Positions 1 to 10,637 of a stretch of 64,000 nt of DNA are shown here, in pieces. The notes beneath the pieces were generated by a model. The model made no database searches and was not told where the DNA came from. It saw only the letters and a program-made list of their open reading frames with translations. Source of the DNA: Chrysiogenales bacterium (GTDB lineage Bacteria; Acidobacteriota; Aminicenantia; UBA2199); the NCBI GenBank assembly GCA_963700535.1, contig CAVOXU010000001.1:118699-182698 (forward strand), in the 5' to 3' direction. Numbering within the stretch: position 1 is the stretch's first letter; each line of letters opens with the position of its first letter. The translations under genes were made by a program, and so were the position numbers.

Positions 1-1007
1 GCTGCCGGGTGCTGGTCGGGGGCGAACTGCGGTCAGGAAAGGGATTGAATCTGCCGGGCAAGGCACTCGGCATCAGCGCTTTTACCGCCAGGGATGTCGA
101 GTGGCTGCGCTTTGCGTCTTCCCAGAAGCTGGATGCGCTGGGATTGTCGTTTGTCGAGTCGGCCGCCGATGTCAATGCCGTGCGCCAGGCTGCCGACCGC
201 ATCGGCTATCATCCTTTTGTCATTGCCAAGATCGAACGCTCGCGAGCCCTCGACAATCTGGCGGAGATCCTGCGGGCGGCCGACGGGATCATGATCGCCC
301 GGGGGGACCTGGGGGTGGAGATTCCCATAGAACAAATCGCCCTGGTGCAGAAACAGCTTGTTTATCAGGCCAATCTGTTGGGAAAACCGGTGATCACGGC
401 CACGCAAATGCTGGAATCCATGACCGTAAATTGTCGGCCTACCCGGGCCGAAGTCACGGATGCGGCCAATGCCATTCTGGACGGGACGGATTGCGTCATG
501 CTTTCGGAAGAAACGGCAATGGGAAAATTCCCGGTCGAAGCCGTTGCCATGCTGGCAAAAATTGCCGAGGTCACCGAACCACAAAGACCCGGCGCCCGCG
601 CCCGGGAAACCTTACTGGCAAATGTCGGCCAGGGCAAAGCCAGTCATACGGATGTGATCGCTTCAAGCATGGAAACCATCCTGCAAAGGGTAGCTTTGGC
701 CGCCGTCATGGCTCCCACCCTCAGCGGCGCCACGGCCAGGAATATTACCCGCTTCCGGCTGCCGTTCTGGATCGCGGCCGTGAGCCCCAATGAAGCTACC
801 TGCCAGCAAATGCAATTTTCCTACGGCATCCATCCTGTGCATGAAGCCGATTTGCCCGCGGATTGGAAGACTTATGCCGGAAATTGGCTGCAAAACCATG
901 GAGTTAAAGGAAATATTGTCCTTCTTATCGAAGGACCGTCGGCAAGGAATCCCGGTACGAATTACAGGCTGGAAATGATCGATCTCGGGCTTCCACTGCA
1001 AACATAG
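1..1007 (+). CDS. pyk: pyruvate kinase, C-terminal ~330 aa (5' end lies outside the window)
   Basis: Frame is open from the window edge to TAG at 1005-1007. Motifs IARGDLGVEIP, KPVITATQMLESM and DCVMLSEETA are pyruvate-kinase signatures. Confidence 0.9.
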   Translation, partial: CRVLVGGELRSGKGLNLPGKALGISAFTARDVEWLRFASSQKLDALGLSFVESAADVNAVRQAADRIGYHPFVIAKIERSRALDNLAEILRAADGIMIARGDLGVEIPIEQIALVQKQLVYQANLLGKPVITATQMLESMTVNCRPTRAEVTDAANAILDGTDCVMLSEETAMGKFPVEAVAMLAKIAEVTEPQRPGARARETLLANVGQGKASHTDVIASSMETILQRVALAAVMAPTLSGATARNITRFRLPFWIAAVSPNEATCQQMQFSYGIHPVHEADLPADWKTYAGNWLQNHGVKGNIVLLIEGPSARNPGTNYRLEMIDLGLPLQT

Positions 1008-1070
1008 AGAAAATGTTCCATTTCCTCCATATAGCGATGCTCGCCAGCAAGCAAATTATATGGTACGGAT

Positions 1071-2435
1071 CTAAAACGGAATGATTTCACCGGGATTGGC
1101 CGGGGAAATCCTTTTTTTCCGGCCATAGAAAAAATCGTCAAGGAGAAGGGCCAGATGCTGGTTGATAGAGTTGCGCGACACATAAAACCTGACCAGGCGA
1201 TGCAGCAGGGTGTCGGGCTTGGTGTAGGGACAGGAGCGGATGCACAGCGCGCAATCGGTGCCGATCTGCTTCCAGAAGGCATAACAGCTCTCCTGCCTGA
1301 TGGACCAGTGCCGGAAAGACCGTGAATGGGGTTCCTGGTCATTGGCGATGGCCCGGGTCGGACAATTGGCGGCGCATTTCTTGCAGATGCGGCAAAAATT
1401 ATCGGCATGGATGGCACGCTTTGGCGTGGGCTCCAGTTCCAGTTCGGTGCTGACCACAGCCAGGCGGACACAGGGACCGTATACGGGGTGGATCAGCAAT
1501 CCCAACCGCCCCAACTCGCCCAGGCCGGCCTCGACAGCCAGCGGCACGCAAAGGACTTCGTAGTTGCCGTCGCTATGGGCCCGGGCCCGGTAGCCCAGGC
1601 CGCGGATATATTCGGCGATGATGGCCGCGATCTTGGCCGACTCGACATATTGCCGGGCCGACTCCAGAATAACCGGCAGGGTCGGCGACTTGGCTATCAT
1701 CGGCCAGTCCATGGCCACCACGATGACCACGGCCGAACCCCTGGCGGCCGTGATTGTTTCTCCCCAGTTCTCGGCCCGGCGGCCGGCATGGCTGTAGAAG
1801 TGATGGGGCTGCAGGCTGGCGATGCCGACGTCGACGGCCCCGAAATAACGGGCCGTGCGCATGATGGCGGCACGGATGATGGCAGGATCCAGCGATTTTA
1901 CTTCAGGGGCCGCTGACCCGCTGCCGGCAGATCTGGTTCGTTCAAGGTAGGAAAATGCAGCGCTGAACACCTGCGAATAGTAAGGGGAATCATACACATG
2001 ACCGGATTGACCCAGTTCGGGCCGGCGGTGAATTTTTTCATCCCCCTCACGCAATTGGGGATTCCGGGCATAGTAGCGCTCGGCCAGGTCGGGATGGTAT
2101 TGCAGTTGGTTGCGGGAGAACATGTGGTCGCGTTCATCGGCGCGCTCGATGCGGCTCAGGTCGGGCTCGGCCGCGGCCGGAAAAAACTTCAGCAGCGACA
2201 GGGCGGAAAATATGAACAGCAGCACCAGCAGCGCCACATTGGCAGTCTGAACGACAGCCACTTGCCGCCAATGGAGCATGATACCCCAGGCAATAGCATT
2301 GGCCAGAAAACAAAGGATCGACAGTCCGATTGCCCGCTTTTCCCCTTCGCGACAGGAAGTAACGGCGAACAAAAGGAAGAACATGGTCCCGGCCAGCAAA
2401 CCAAGCCAATCTAACCAGTAAATGATCATGTCCAA
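1071..2435 (-). CDS. membrane-anchored Fe-S protein of the reductive-dehalogenase/QueG superfamily
   Basis: 454-aa ORF. The N-terminal ~90 aa have three hydrophobic helices. The C-terminus has two ferredoxin-type Cys motifs (CRICKKCAANCP, CALCIRSCPY). Start is TTG at 2435 or ATG at 2429. Confidence 0.7.
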   Translation of the reverse strand: MDMIIYWLDWLGLLAGTMFFLLFAVTSCREGEKRAIGLSILCFLANAIAWGIMLHWRQVAVVQTANVALLVLLFIFSALSLLKFFPAAAEPDLSRIERADERDHMFSRNQLQYHPDLAERYYARNPQLREGDEKIHRRPELGQSGHVYDSPYYSQVFSAAFSYLERTRSAGSGSAAPEVKSLDPAIIRAAIMRTARYFGAVDVGIASLQPHHFYSHAGRRAENWGETITAARGSAVVIVVAMDWPMIAKSPTLPVILESARQYVESAKIAAIIAEYIRGLGYRARAHSDGNYEVLCVPLAVEAGLGELGRLGLLIHPVYGPCVRLAVVSTELELEPTPKRAIHADNFCRICKKCAANCPTRAIANDQEPHSRSFRHWSIRQESCYAFWKQIGTDCALCIRSCPYTKPDTLLHRLVRFYVSRNSINQHLALLLDDFFYGRKKRISPANPGEIIPF

Positions 2436-2489
2436 CCTATAGCCTAACGACTGCGCCGTGTTTTGGGAAAAATATGTCCATGTTTTCGA

Positions 2490-4563
2490 TCATGGTTTTG
2501 CGGCCAACAGGTCCTTCACGACCTGGACCACATGCCCGGCGGTGAATTTGAATTTTTTCTGCAGCGCCGGCAACGGCGCCGATGCCCCGAAAGTTTCCAT
2601 GCCGATGCTGCGTCCCGACGGCCCGACATACCTGGACCAGCCCAGCGTCGAAGCCTGCTCGACCGAAACCCGAACCGTGACCTCGGGAGGCAGGATGCTC
2701 TGCTGATACTCCCTTGTTTGTTTTTCAAACAATTCCCAGCTGGGCATGCTGACCACCCTGGCTGCGATGTTTTGCGCCTGCAGCTCGTGATATGCCGCCA
2801 GGCACAGGGAGACTTCGCTGCCGCTGGCCAGCAGCAGGACCCGGGGATTGCCGTTCGCGGCGTCGGCCAGGATATAGGCCCCCCTGGCGACAGCGGCGGC
2901 CGGACCATATTTCGCGCGGTCGAATGTCGGCAGGTTCTGGCGGCTTAGGATGAGAGCCACCGGCTCGTGCCGGAGTTGAATGATCAGTCTCCAGGCTTCG
3001 ACCACCTCATTGGCATCGGCCGGACGCAGGACGATCAGTCCCGGCATGGCGCGCAGGGAAGCCAGGTGTTCGACGGGCTGGTGGGTGGGGCCGTCCTCGC
3101 CGACGCCGATGGAGTCGTGGCTGAAAATATGGATCACGGGAAGTTCCATCAGGGCGCTGAGGCGGATGGCGGGGCGGCCGTAGTCGCTGAAGACCAGGAA
3201 CCCGGAGCCGAAAGGGCGAAGCCCGGAAAGTGCCAGGCCATTGAGAATGGCCGCCATGGCGTGTTCGCGCACCCCGAAATGGATGTTGCGCCCCGAATAG
3301 CTCCCGGGGGCGAAATCCCCGGCACCGGAAAAAGTCAGCCTGGTCTTGGTGGAGGGAGACAGGTCCGCGGACCCGCCGAGCAGCCAGGGAATATTCTTTG
3401 CCAGCTCATTCAAGACCAGACCCGAGCTGACCCGCGTGGCCAGACCTTTTTCATCGGCGGGAAACAAAGGCATGTCCTTGTCCCAATTTTCCGGGAGTTG
3501 GCGCTGGCGCATCCTGAAGAGGGATTCAGCCAGGTCCGGGAACGCGGCGCGGTATTTTTCAAGGAGGGATAGACCAGGCGTCGCGCCGGTCCTTTCCTCG
3601 TTTGCCGATGCCTTCACCAAAATGGGCATACACCCCTTCGGGGACAAGGAATTTTGCGTCTTGCGGCCAGCCGTAGTTGCGTTTTGTCAGACGGATCTCC
3701 TCTTCTCCCAAAGGCTCGCCATGGGCAGCTGCCGAATCCTGCTTGTGGGGCGAACCATAGCCGATATGGCTGGCGATGATGATCAGGGTTGGACGATCTT
3801 CTGTTTGGGCGAAATTGTCAAATGCCTGTTTCAACATCTCCAGGTTGTCGGCATCTTCCACTGACAGCACGTTCCAGCCGTAGCTCCGGAAGCGGGCGGC
3901 GGTGTCCTCGCTGAAAGCCAGGGAGGTCGGGCCTTCAATGGTGATCTTGTTGCTGTCATACAGCCAGCAAAGGTTGGACAATTTCAAGTGCCCGGCCAAC
4001 GATGCCGCTTCGCTGGACAGACCTTCCATCATGCAGCCGTCGCCGGCCAACGCATAGATGTTGTGGTCGAACAGGGTGAAGCCCGGACGGTTGAAGTATT
4101 CGCCCAGCCAGCGGCAGGCAATGGCCATGCCGACGCTGTTGGCCAGGCCCTGCGCCAGCGGACCGCTGGTCGTTTCCACGCCCGTTGTACAGCCGTGCTC
4201 GGGATGACCAGGGGTCCTGCTGTCCAGCTGGCGAAAGCGCTTGATCTCGTCGAGAGAGACTGCCGGGAGATCCTGGATCACGTCTTCATTGTCTACGGCT
4301 TTGACCCCGGTCAAATGCAGCAAAGAATAAAGCAGCATGGACGCATGGCCGGCAGACAACACGAAACGATCGCGGTTAGGCCAGAGCGGATCCAGCGGAT
4401 CGTAGTTCAAAAAATCCTGCCACAGTGCATACACAACCGGAGCCAGGCCCATGGGCGCCCCTGGATGGCCGGAATTGGCGGCCTGGACTGCATCCATGGC
4501 CAGGGTACGGATGGTATCGATGCTTTTTTTTACGAGCGGATCCTGGTTCGATATTTTGCTCAT
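2490..4563 (-). pseudogene. tkt: transketolase, split into two overlapping ORFs by one frame break near 3560-3580
   Basis: ORF 3559..4635 is the TPP-binding half (GHPGAPMG, SAGHASMLLYSLLHLTG, LAGDGCMMEG). ORF 2490..3647 is the Pyr/C-terminal half (GGSADLSPST, FGVREHAM, THQPVEHLASLRAMP). The junction reads ...GKRGKDRRDAW / LSLLEKYRAAFP. Likely start is ATG 4563 (MSKISNQDP). Confidence 0.9.
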
Positions 4564-4612
4564 TTGCGCCTCTGCTCCAGCGAATAACTTGATTGGGTCA
4601 TGGACACCTCGA

Positions 4613-4641
4613 TTGTAAATTGATTTGGATTTCATTATACT
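4613..4641 (+). promoter_or_regulatory. sigma70-like promoter candidate for glk (TTGTAA-17-TATACT)
   Basis: Hexamers at 4613-4618 and 4636-4641 with a 17-nt spacer, 28 nt upstream of the glk ATG. Confidence 0.4.
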
Positions 4642-4668
4642 GAGTTGCAGGAATTATTCAATTTAAAG

Positions 4669-5676
4669 ATGAAACAACGATCTGATCAAATCATATTGGC
4701 CGGTGACGTGGGCGGCAGCAAAACAATTCTCGCCGCCTTTTCCCGGGCCGATGAGTCGCTGCGCCCGCTGGCCCATGCCGTCTTCGCCAGCCGGGAATTT
4801 TCAGCCCTGTCCGAGCTGGTGGAGCGCTTCCTGGCAGAGAGGCAGCTGCGGCCGGCCGGGGCGGCTTTTGGCATCGCTGGTCCTGTTATCAACGGCCGGG
4901 TCCAGGCCACCAACTTGCCCTGGCTGGTGGAAGAATCAGCTCTCAGTCTCAGCCTGGGCGGAATTCCGGTCCGCCTGCTCAATGACCTGGAGGCCCTGGC
5001 CCTGGCCATTCCCATTTTGCCGCCCGGGGAAGTGGAAACGATCCATGCGGGGATGCCTGAAAGTAATGGCACGTTGGCGGTTGTCGCGCCGGGCACCGGC
5101 CTGGGCCAGGCATTCATGGTCTGGGAGCAGGGGAGTTACCGGGCACTGCCTTCTGAAGGCGGCCATGCCGATTTCGCCCCGGCCAATGAATTGCAGGAGG
5201 AACTGCTGGCTTATCTGCGCCCCCGTTTCGGCCACGTCAGCTACGAACGGGTTTGTTCGGGAAGCGGCATTCCCAATATCTATGCCTTTTTCAAAGACAA
5301 CGACCGCTTTACGGAACCGCCCTGGCTGACCGCACAGCTGGCGGCCGGCACAGAGCCAACGCCGCTGATCGTTAAATCCGGCCTGGAGAATACGAGCGCT
5401 ATCTGCCGGGCCTCGTTGGAGCTTTTCGTCGACATCCTGGCCAGTGAGGCGGGCAACCTGGCCTTGAAAGTCCTGGCCAGGGGCGGGGTCTATTTCGGCG
5501 GAGGCATAGCGCCGCGTATCCTGCCGCTGCTGCGCGCTGCCAGCTTTGTTAAAACGTTCACCGCCAAGGGACGCTATGCCGGGTTGCTGGAACGCATTCC
5601 GCTCCGCGTGATAACCAACCCCGAAGCCGGCCTCCGTGGGGCCGCTCAATTCGGAATGCAAACCATCCGGCCATAA
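4669..5676 (+). CDS. glk: glucokinase (Glk family)
   Basis: ORF 4645..5676. ATG at 4669 gives MKQRSDQIILAGDVGGSKT (ATP-binding DxGGT/S motif). Also GTGLG and EGGH motifs. Confidence 0.85.
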   Translation: MKQRSDQIILAGDVGGSKTILAAFSRADESLRPLAHAVFASREFSALSELVERFLAERQLRPAGAAFGIAGPVINGRVQATNLPWLVEESALSLSLGGIPVRLLNDLEALALAIPILPPGEVETIHAGMPESNGTLAVVAPGTGLGQAFMVWEQGSYRALPSEGGHADFAPANELQEELLAYLRPRFGHVSYERVCSGSGIPNIYAFFKDNDRFTEPPWLTAQLAAGTEPTPLIVKSGLENTSAICRASLELFVDILASEAGNLALKVLARGGVYFGGGIAPRILPLLRAASFVKTFTAKGRYAGLLERIPLRVITNPEAGLRGAAQFGMQTIRP

Positions 5677-5684
5677 TAACGACC

Positions 5685-6158
5685 ATGATTAAAATCAATA
5701 TACCCGGAAAGGATGAAACCCTGGCCATCAAGCACCTGGTCCTCGATTTCAACGGCACTCTGGCCGCTGACGGCAGGATCAAACCAGGAGTTGCCGGTCT
5801 GCTTGAAGAACTGTCTGCCAAGCTGCGGATACACATCGTTACGGCCGGGACTTTCGGCGGCGTTGATGACGAAGTTCATGGTATCCCTTGCGTATTGAAG
5901 ATCTTGAGCGGTGCCGACCAGACCGGACAAAAAGCCCGCTACGTGGACGAACTCGGGGCGGAGCATACCGCTTGCGTTGGCAACGGCCGCAACGACCGGG
6001 ACATGCTGGAAAAAGCGAAACTGGGCATCCTGGTCATCCAGGAAGAAGGAGCGGCAGCCGCATGCCTGTTGGCGGCCGACGTGGTATGCCGGGATATTGA
6101 TTCGGCTTTGCAGCTGTTGCTGCAGCCGCTGCGACTGACCGCCACCCTGCGCACCTGA
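5685..6158 (+). CDS. HAD-superfamily hydrolase-like protein (soluble P-type-ATPase-like)
   Basis: 157 aa. Contains LVLDFNGTLA (DxxGT phosphoryl-acceptor-like motif) and GNGRNDRDML (GDGxND-type motif). Confidence 0.7.
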   Translation: MIKINIPGKDETLAIKHLVLDFNGTLAADGRIKPGVAGLLEELSAKLRIHIVTAGTFGGVDDEVHGIPCVLKILSGADQTGQKARYVDELGAEHTACVGNGRNDRDMLEKAKLGILVIQEEGAAAACLLAADVVCRDIDSALQLLLQPLRLTATLRT

Positions 6159-6316
6159 AGCGTAGTCTGCGAATCCTTCAGGCTTCATAAAACGTTCGTT
6201 TAGCTGTATGGCCAGCAGAGGTTTTCCAGAAGGCACACGCTGAATTCTCCTGTCCTGACTTGGAATTTGGCGTTCTATATGCTATCATTGGAAAAATTCA
6301 ATCCTCAGGGGACGCA

Positions 6317-7279
6317 ATGGCCAAAGTGATCGACTGGTTGAAGCAAAACGACAAGCTGATGTTTTCGCTGGAAATCACGCCGCCCGACCGCGGTAAAAGC
6401 GTGGACGATATCCTGGCCTCCATCGAAACCATGATGCCTTTCGATCCGCAGTTCATCAATGTCACCTATCACCAGCCGCACGTGGTCTATGAGGAAAAGG
6501 AAGGCGTCATCAGCCGGCGTCCGCGGCGCAAGAAGCCCGGGACCGTCGGCATCTGCAGCGCTATCCGCAACCGTTTCCGCGTCGAGCCGGTTCCGCATCT
6601 GATATGCGGGGGTTTCAACCGCTTTGAAACCGAAGATGCACTGATCGACCTCAATTTCCTGGGCATCGAGAACATCCTGGCCCTGCGCGGCGATCCGCCT
6701 CCAGGTCAATCTAGGTATATCCCGGAAAAGGACGGCCACCAGTACTCCTGGCAACTGGTCGAACAGATCGCCCAGCTGAACCGCGGCCAATATATCGACG
6801 AACTTGAGGACCCTTTCCCCACCAATTTCTGCATCGGAGTGGCCGCCTATCCTGAAAAGCATTTTGAATCGCCCAACCTTGAAAAAGACCTTGTTTATCT
6901 GAAAAAAAAGGTGGACATGGGGGCGGAATACATCATTACCCAGATGTTCTACGATTTTCGGCAATACAGGACTTTTGTGGAAAAGGCCCGCGCCATTGGC
7001 ATCCAGGTGCCAATTATCCCCGGGCTCAAGCCCCTGGTCAGCAAAAAGCAGATCACGACCATTCCCAGTTCCTTTCATGTCAATATCCCGGCCGGACTGG
7101 TAGCTGCAATCGAGGAAGCCCGCACCAGGGAGCAGGAATTCGCCAGCGGTGTGCGTTTCCTGGCCCGGCTGGCCGAGCAGCTTATCGACTATGGTGTCCC
7201 TGGCATTCATGTCTTCAGCATGGGTCAGGGGCGTGCCGCCAAAGCCTTTCTGGAAACGGTGTTTGCCGGCAAGCGCTGA
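6317..7279 (+). CDS. metF: methylenetetrahydrofolate reductase
   Basis: ORF 6260..7279. ATG at 6317 follows AGGGGA. MFSLEITPP..., ILALRGDPP and ITQMFYD are MTHFR-type motifs. Lies directly upstream of metH. Confidence 0.85.
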   Translation: MAKVIDWLKQNDKLMFSLEITPPDRGKSVDDILASIETMMPFDPQFINVTYHQPHVVYEEKEGVISRRPRRKKPGTVGICSAIRNRFRVEPVPHLICGGFNRFETEDALIDLNFLGIENILALRGDPPPGQSRYIPEKDGHQYSWQLVEQIAQLNRGQYIDELEDPFPTNFCIGVAAYPEKHFESPNLEKDLVYLKKKVDMGAEYIITQMFYDFRQYRTFVEKARAIGIQVPIIPGLKPLVSKKQITTIPSSFHVNIPAGLVAAIEEARTREQEFASGVRFLARLAEQLIDYGVPGIHVFSMGQGRAAKAFLETVFAGKR

Positions 7280-7296
7280 GATCCCGAGGTCGCATC

Positions 7297-10200
7297 ATGG
7301 CCGCATGGCTCAAACCTGAAATCTCACGGCGCCAGCTGGAAAAAATCCTGATCATGGACGGGGCCATGGGCACAGCCATCATGGAAACGTCTTTGGGCCC
7401 CGACGACTACCACGGACATGTAGGCTGCCACGATTACCTGACCATATCGAGACCCGGGATCATCGCCCGCATCCATGAGTCTTATCTGGACTGCGGCTGC
7501 GACATTATCGAAACCAACACCTTCGGCGCCCAGGCAGATGAACTGGCCAGGCACGGGCTGGAGGACATGACCTATGAAATAAACAGAAAAGGCGCCGAAC
7601 TGGCTTCCGGGATCGCCGCCGACCGCAGTTCGCCTGGACAGCCGCGTTATGTGGCAGGCTCCATGGGACCGGGTTCGCGCCTGCCCAGTTTGCAGCAGGT
7701 GGATTTCTCCAGCCTGGAAAAATCATATTATGCCCAGGCATTGGGACTTTTCGACGGCGGTGTCGACCTGTTCCAGGTGGAAACCTGCCAGGATATGCTG
7801 CAGATCAAGGCAGCCTTGAGGGCCCTGAATCGTGTTTTTCGTGCCAAGGGGCAAACCAGGCCGGTGAGCGTTCTGGTCACTCTGGAAAAAAACCGCATGC
7901 TGCTGGGTACCGACCCGGCCACGGCGCTGGCCACTTTTTTCCCGTACCCGCTTTTTGCTTTCGGCATCAACTGCGGCACAGGCCCGGAAGACATGCGTGA
8001 CGCGGTCAGGGTCCTGGCCGCCGCTTCCCCGTTCCCGCTGGCGGTGATGCCCAACGCCGGACTGCCGAAATTCAGCGCCGGCAGATATCTATACGACCTG
8101 GAACCGGAGCCGTTCGCGCTGCAAATGAGTGGTTTTGTATCTGAATACGGGGCGAGCCTGGTCGGCGGCTGCTGCGGGACCACTCCCAGCCATATCGCAG
8201 CGCTGGCCCGCGTGACGGAGCGGCAGCGGCCGAGGTCGCAAAAAGAAAGAGTGTACAAGGGGATGGCGACATCCCTTTTTTCGATGCAGGAGTTCCTGGT
8301 AAAACCCGCCCCCCTGATCATCGGTGAACAGACCAACGCCACCGGCAGCAGGCAATTCAGGTCGGCGCTGCTGTCCGACGATCTGGACGCCATGCTGGCC
8401 GTGGCCCAGGCCCAGGCCCGGGAAGGAGCGCACTTGCTCGACCTGAACGTGGCCTATGCCGGGCGCAGCGAAGCCCGTGACATGGCCCGGGCGGCAGCGC
8501 GGCTGAACTCGCAGAACCGCCTGCCGCTGATGCTCGACAGCACAGACCTGGAAGCGCTCGAGGCGGGGCTTGAACAATGTGCCGGCCGTACCGTGATCAA
8601 CTCCATCAACCTTGAAGACGGGGGGGCAAGGGCTGAGAAAATACTCAGCCTGGCGGTCGATTTCGGCGCGGCCGTGGTCTGCCTGGCCATCGACGAGCAG
8701 GGGATGGCCCGCGGCCGGGAGGAAAAGGCCGTTGTGCTGCAGCGGCTTCACGACCTGGCCGTTTCACGCGGACTGCATGCCTCCGACCTTTTCCTCGACC
8801 CCTTGACCTTCACCCTGGGCTCCGGAGACCCCGCCCTGGCCGGCGCCGGGGCGGAAACCCTGGCCGCATTATCCCTGCTGAAGGAAAGAATGCCCGAAGC
8901 CCATACCCTGCTCGGCGTGAGCAACATCTCTTATGGCCTGCAGCCCGCGGCCAGGAAGATCGTCAATGCCGTTTTTCTTTATCATGCCGTGCAGCACGGC
9001 CTGGACGCCGCCATTTTTCACGCCGGCCGCATCCTGCCTTTGAACCGCATCGCCCCGGCCGAGATCGGCCTGGCTGAAGATCTCATTTTCAACCGCCGCG
9101 GCGCCGGCGATCCGTTGCTGAGACTATGCCAGCATTTCCAGGGCAGAAAAAACGGCATCGACCTTGTGAAGGAGGAAAACTCCCGCCCGGAGCAACGCCT
9201 GCGCGCCGCCGTGCTCAACGGCAATGCCGCCGGCATCGAAAAAGATCTCGAGACACTGGCAGGTAAAATGCCCGCCCTGGATATCGTCAACGACATCCTG
9301 CTGAAAAGCATGGCCGAAGTGGGGGAGTGGTTCGAAAAAGGGATCATGCAACTGCCATTTGTTCTGCAGGCGGCCGAGGTGATCAAGGCCGCCCTGGATT
9401 TCCTGGAGCCGCGGCTGGCAAAATCGGCAAAGCGCCAGCGCGGCTGCATGGTCCTGGCCACGGTCAAAGGCGACATCCACGATATCGGCAAGAACCTGGT
9501 CGACATCATCCTGCGCAGCAACGGCTACCATGTCGTCAACATCGGTACCGACCAGGGGGGTGCCGAAATCGCGGCCGCCGTGGAACGCCACGGCCCCGAT
9601 CATGTCGGCTTGAGCGCCCTGCTGGTCAAATCCACGCTGGAAATGACCGGGATACTGCGTCATTTCAACGAAAAAAATATAAGCGTTCCAGTGATTTGCG
9701 GCGGGGCGGCGCTGACGCCGGCTTTCGTCAGCACGGCCCTGCAGCCCGTCTACCAAGGCAAGGTTCATTATGCCGCCGACGCCTTCAGCGCCTTGAAGAT
9801 CATGCGCGGCGCGACCGCAGCGCCGGCCCCCGGGACGGTGCGCAGGAAAAAGGCGCCGGCCGCCGCAGTGCCCCTCGAATTTTCGCAGCCGCCGTTGACA
9901 GCCCCTTTTGCGGGAACGCGAACGCTGCGCTGGAGCCTTGAAGAGATTATTCCCTGGCTGGACAAAAGGACGCTGGTCGCATCCCGTTGGCGCATGAAAG
10001 CCGGGGCCAAGGCGGAACAGTTCTTCGCCGAGACCATTGCCTTGCTTCAGGATAAAAAAGTATCCGGCTTTTCCGCCGTATACGGCTATTTCGCCTGCCG
10101 CCGTAAGGGCAAAAACCGTCTGCTGCTGGATGCCGGTGGGGAAGAACTGGTCATGACCTTCCCGCGCCGTGAACAAACCTCCCTGGCCGACTATTTCCGC

Positions 10201-10572
10201 AAGGATGGTGACTTGGCGCCTTTGTTCATCGTCAGTTGCGGGGCCGAGATCTCCTCGCTGGAAAAAGAACTTTTTGCCGCCGACCAGTACAAGCGCACCC
10301 TGCTCCTGCACGGTTTCGCCGTTCAGTTGGCCGAAGGCCTGGCCGCGAAAATGCACCAGCGTATCCGCCAGGAATTGGGCCTCAACGATAGACAGGGAAA
10401 ACGCTTCAGCCCCGGCTATCCCGCCTGGCCGGATCTGGCCGACCAGCAGAAACTGGTTCGGCTCCTGGAGGCGGGGGAAATCGGCGTCGGACTAAGCGAA
10501 ACGTTCCAGCTGATCCCGGAATTGAGCGTCAGCGCCATGGTCGTCTCCCACCCCCAGGCCGAATATTTTTAA
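7297..10572 (+). CDS. metH: cobalamin-dependent methionine synthase (1091 aa)
   Basis: Uninterrupted ORF with Hcy-S-methyltransferase (GGCCGTTP), pterin-binding, B12-binding (GDIHDIGKN) and a short C-terminal activation module. GAGGT lies 7 nt upstream of the ATG. Confidence 0.92.
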   Translation: MAAWLKPEISRRQLEKILIMDGAMGTAIMETSLGPDDYHGHVGCHDYLTISRPGIIARIHESYLDCGCDIIETNTFGAQADELARHGLEDMTYEINRKGAELASGIAADRSSPGQPRYVAGSMGPGSRLPSLQQVDFSSLEKSYYAQALGLFDGGVDLFQVETCQDMLQIKAALRALNRVFRAKGQTRPVSVLVTLEKNRMLLGTDPATALATFFPYPLFAFGINCGTGPEDMRDAVRVLAAASPFPLAVMPNAGLPKFSAGRYLYDLEPEPFALQMSGFVSEYGASLVGGCCGTTPSHIAALARVTERQRPRSQKERVYKGMATSLFSMQEFLVKPAPLIIGEQTNATGSRQFRSALLSDDLDAMLAVAQAQAREGAHLLDLNVAYAGRSEARDMARAAARLNSQNRLPLMLDSTDLEALEAGLEQCAGRTVINSINLEDGGARAEKILSLAVDFGAAVVCLAIDEQGMARGREEKAVVLQRLHDLAVSRGLHASDLFLDPLTFTLGSGDPALAGAGAETLAALSLLKERMPEAHTLLGVSNISYGLQPAARKIVNAVFLYHAVQHGLDAAIFHAGRILPLNRIAPAEIGLAEDLIFNRRGAGDPLLRLCQHFQGRKNGIDLVKEENSRPEQRLRAAVLNGNAAGIEKDLETLAGKMPALDIVNDILLKSMAEVGEWFEKGIMQLPFVLQAAEVIKAALDFLEPRLAKSAKRQRGCMVLATVKGDIHDIGKNLVDIILRSNGYHVVNIGTDQGGAEIAAAVERHGPDHVGLSALLVKSTLEMTGILRHFNEKNISVPVICGGAALTPAFVSTALQPVYQGKVHYAADAFSALKIMRGATAAPAPGTVRRKKAPAAAVPLEFSQPPLTAPFAGTRTLRWSLEEIIPWLDKRTLVASRWRMKAGAKAEQFFAETIALLQDKKVSGFSAVYGYFACRRKGKNRLLLDAGGEELVMTFPRREQTSLADYFRKDGDLAPLFIVSCGAEISSLEKELFAADQYKRTLLLHGFAVQLAEGLAAKMHQRIRQELGLNDRQGKRFSPGYPAWPDLADQQKLVRLLEAGEIGVGLSETFQLIPELSVSAMVVSHPQAEYF

Positions 10573-10637
10573 TGATAGAACCGGCCGGTACATCGCCGGC
10601 CATTCCGGACCGAAGCGAAATGTGCGGGAGGGGGGAA

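Noticed and set aside
5646-6236. A 196-aa minus-strand ORF overlapping the HAD-like gene.
   Set aside because: It is antisense to an ORF with HAD motifs, has a low-complexity Q/G/R-rich translation, and has no start context.
6159-6316. A SAM or cobalamin riboswitch upstream of metF-metH.
   Set aside because: The 158-nt leader shows none of the conserved cores I know (for example the B12-box GCCACTG or the SAM-I GAGGGA...GCCC helices). Only weak promoter-like hexamers are present.
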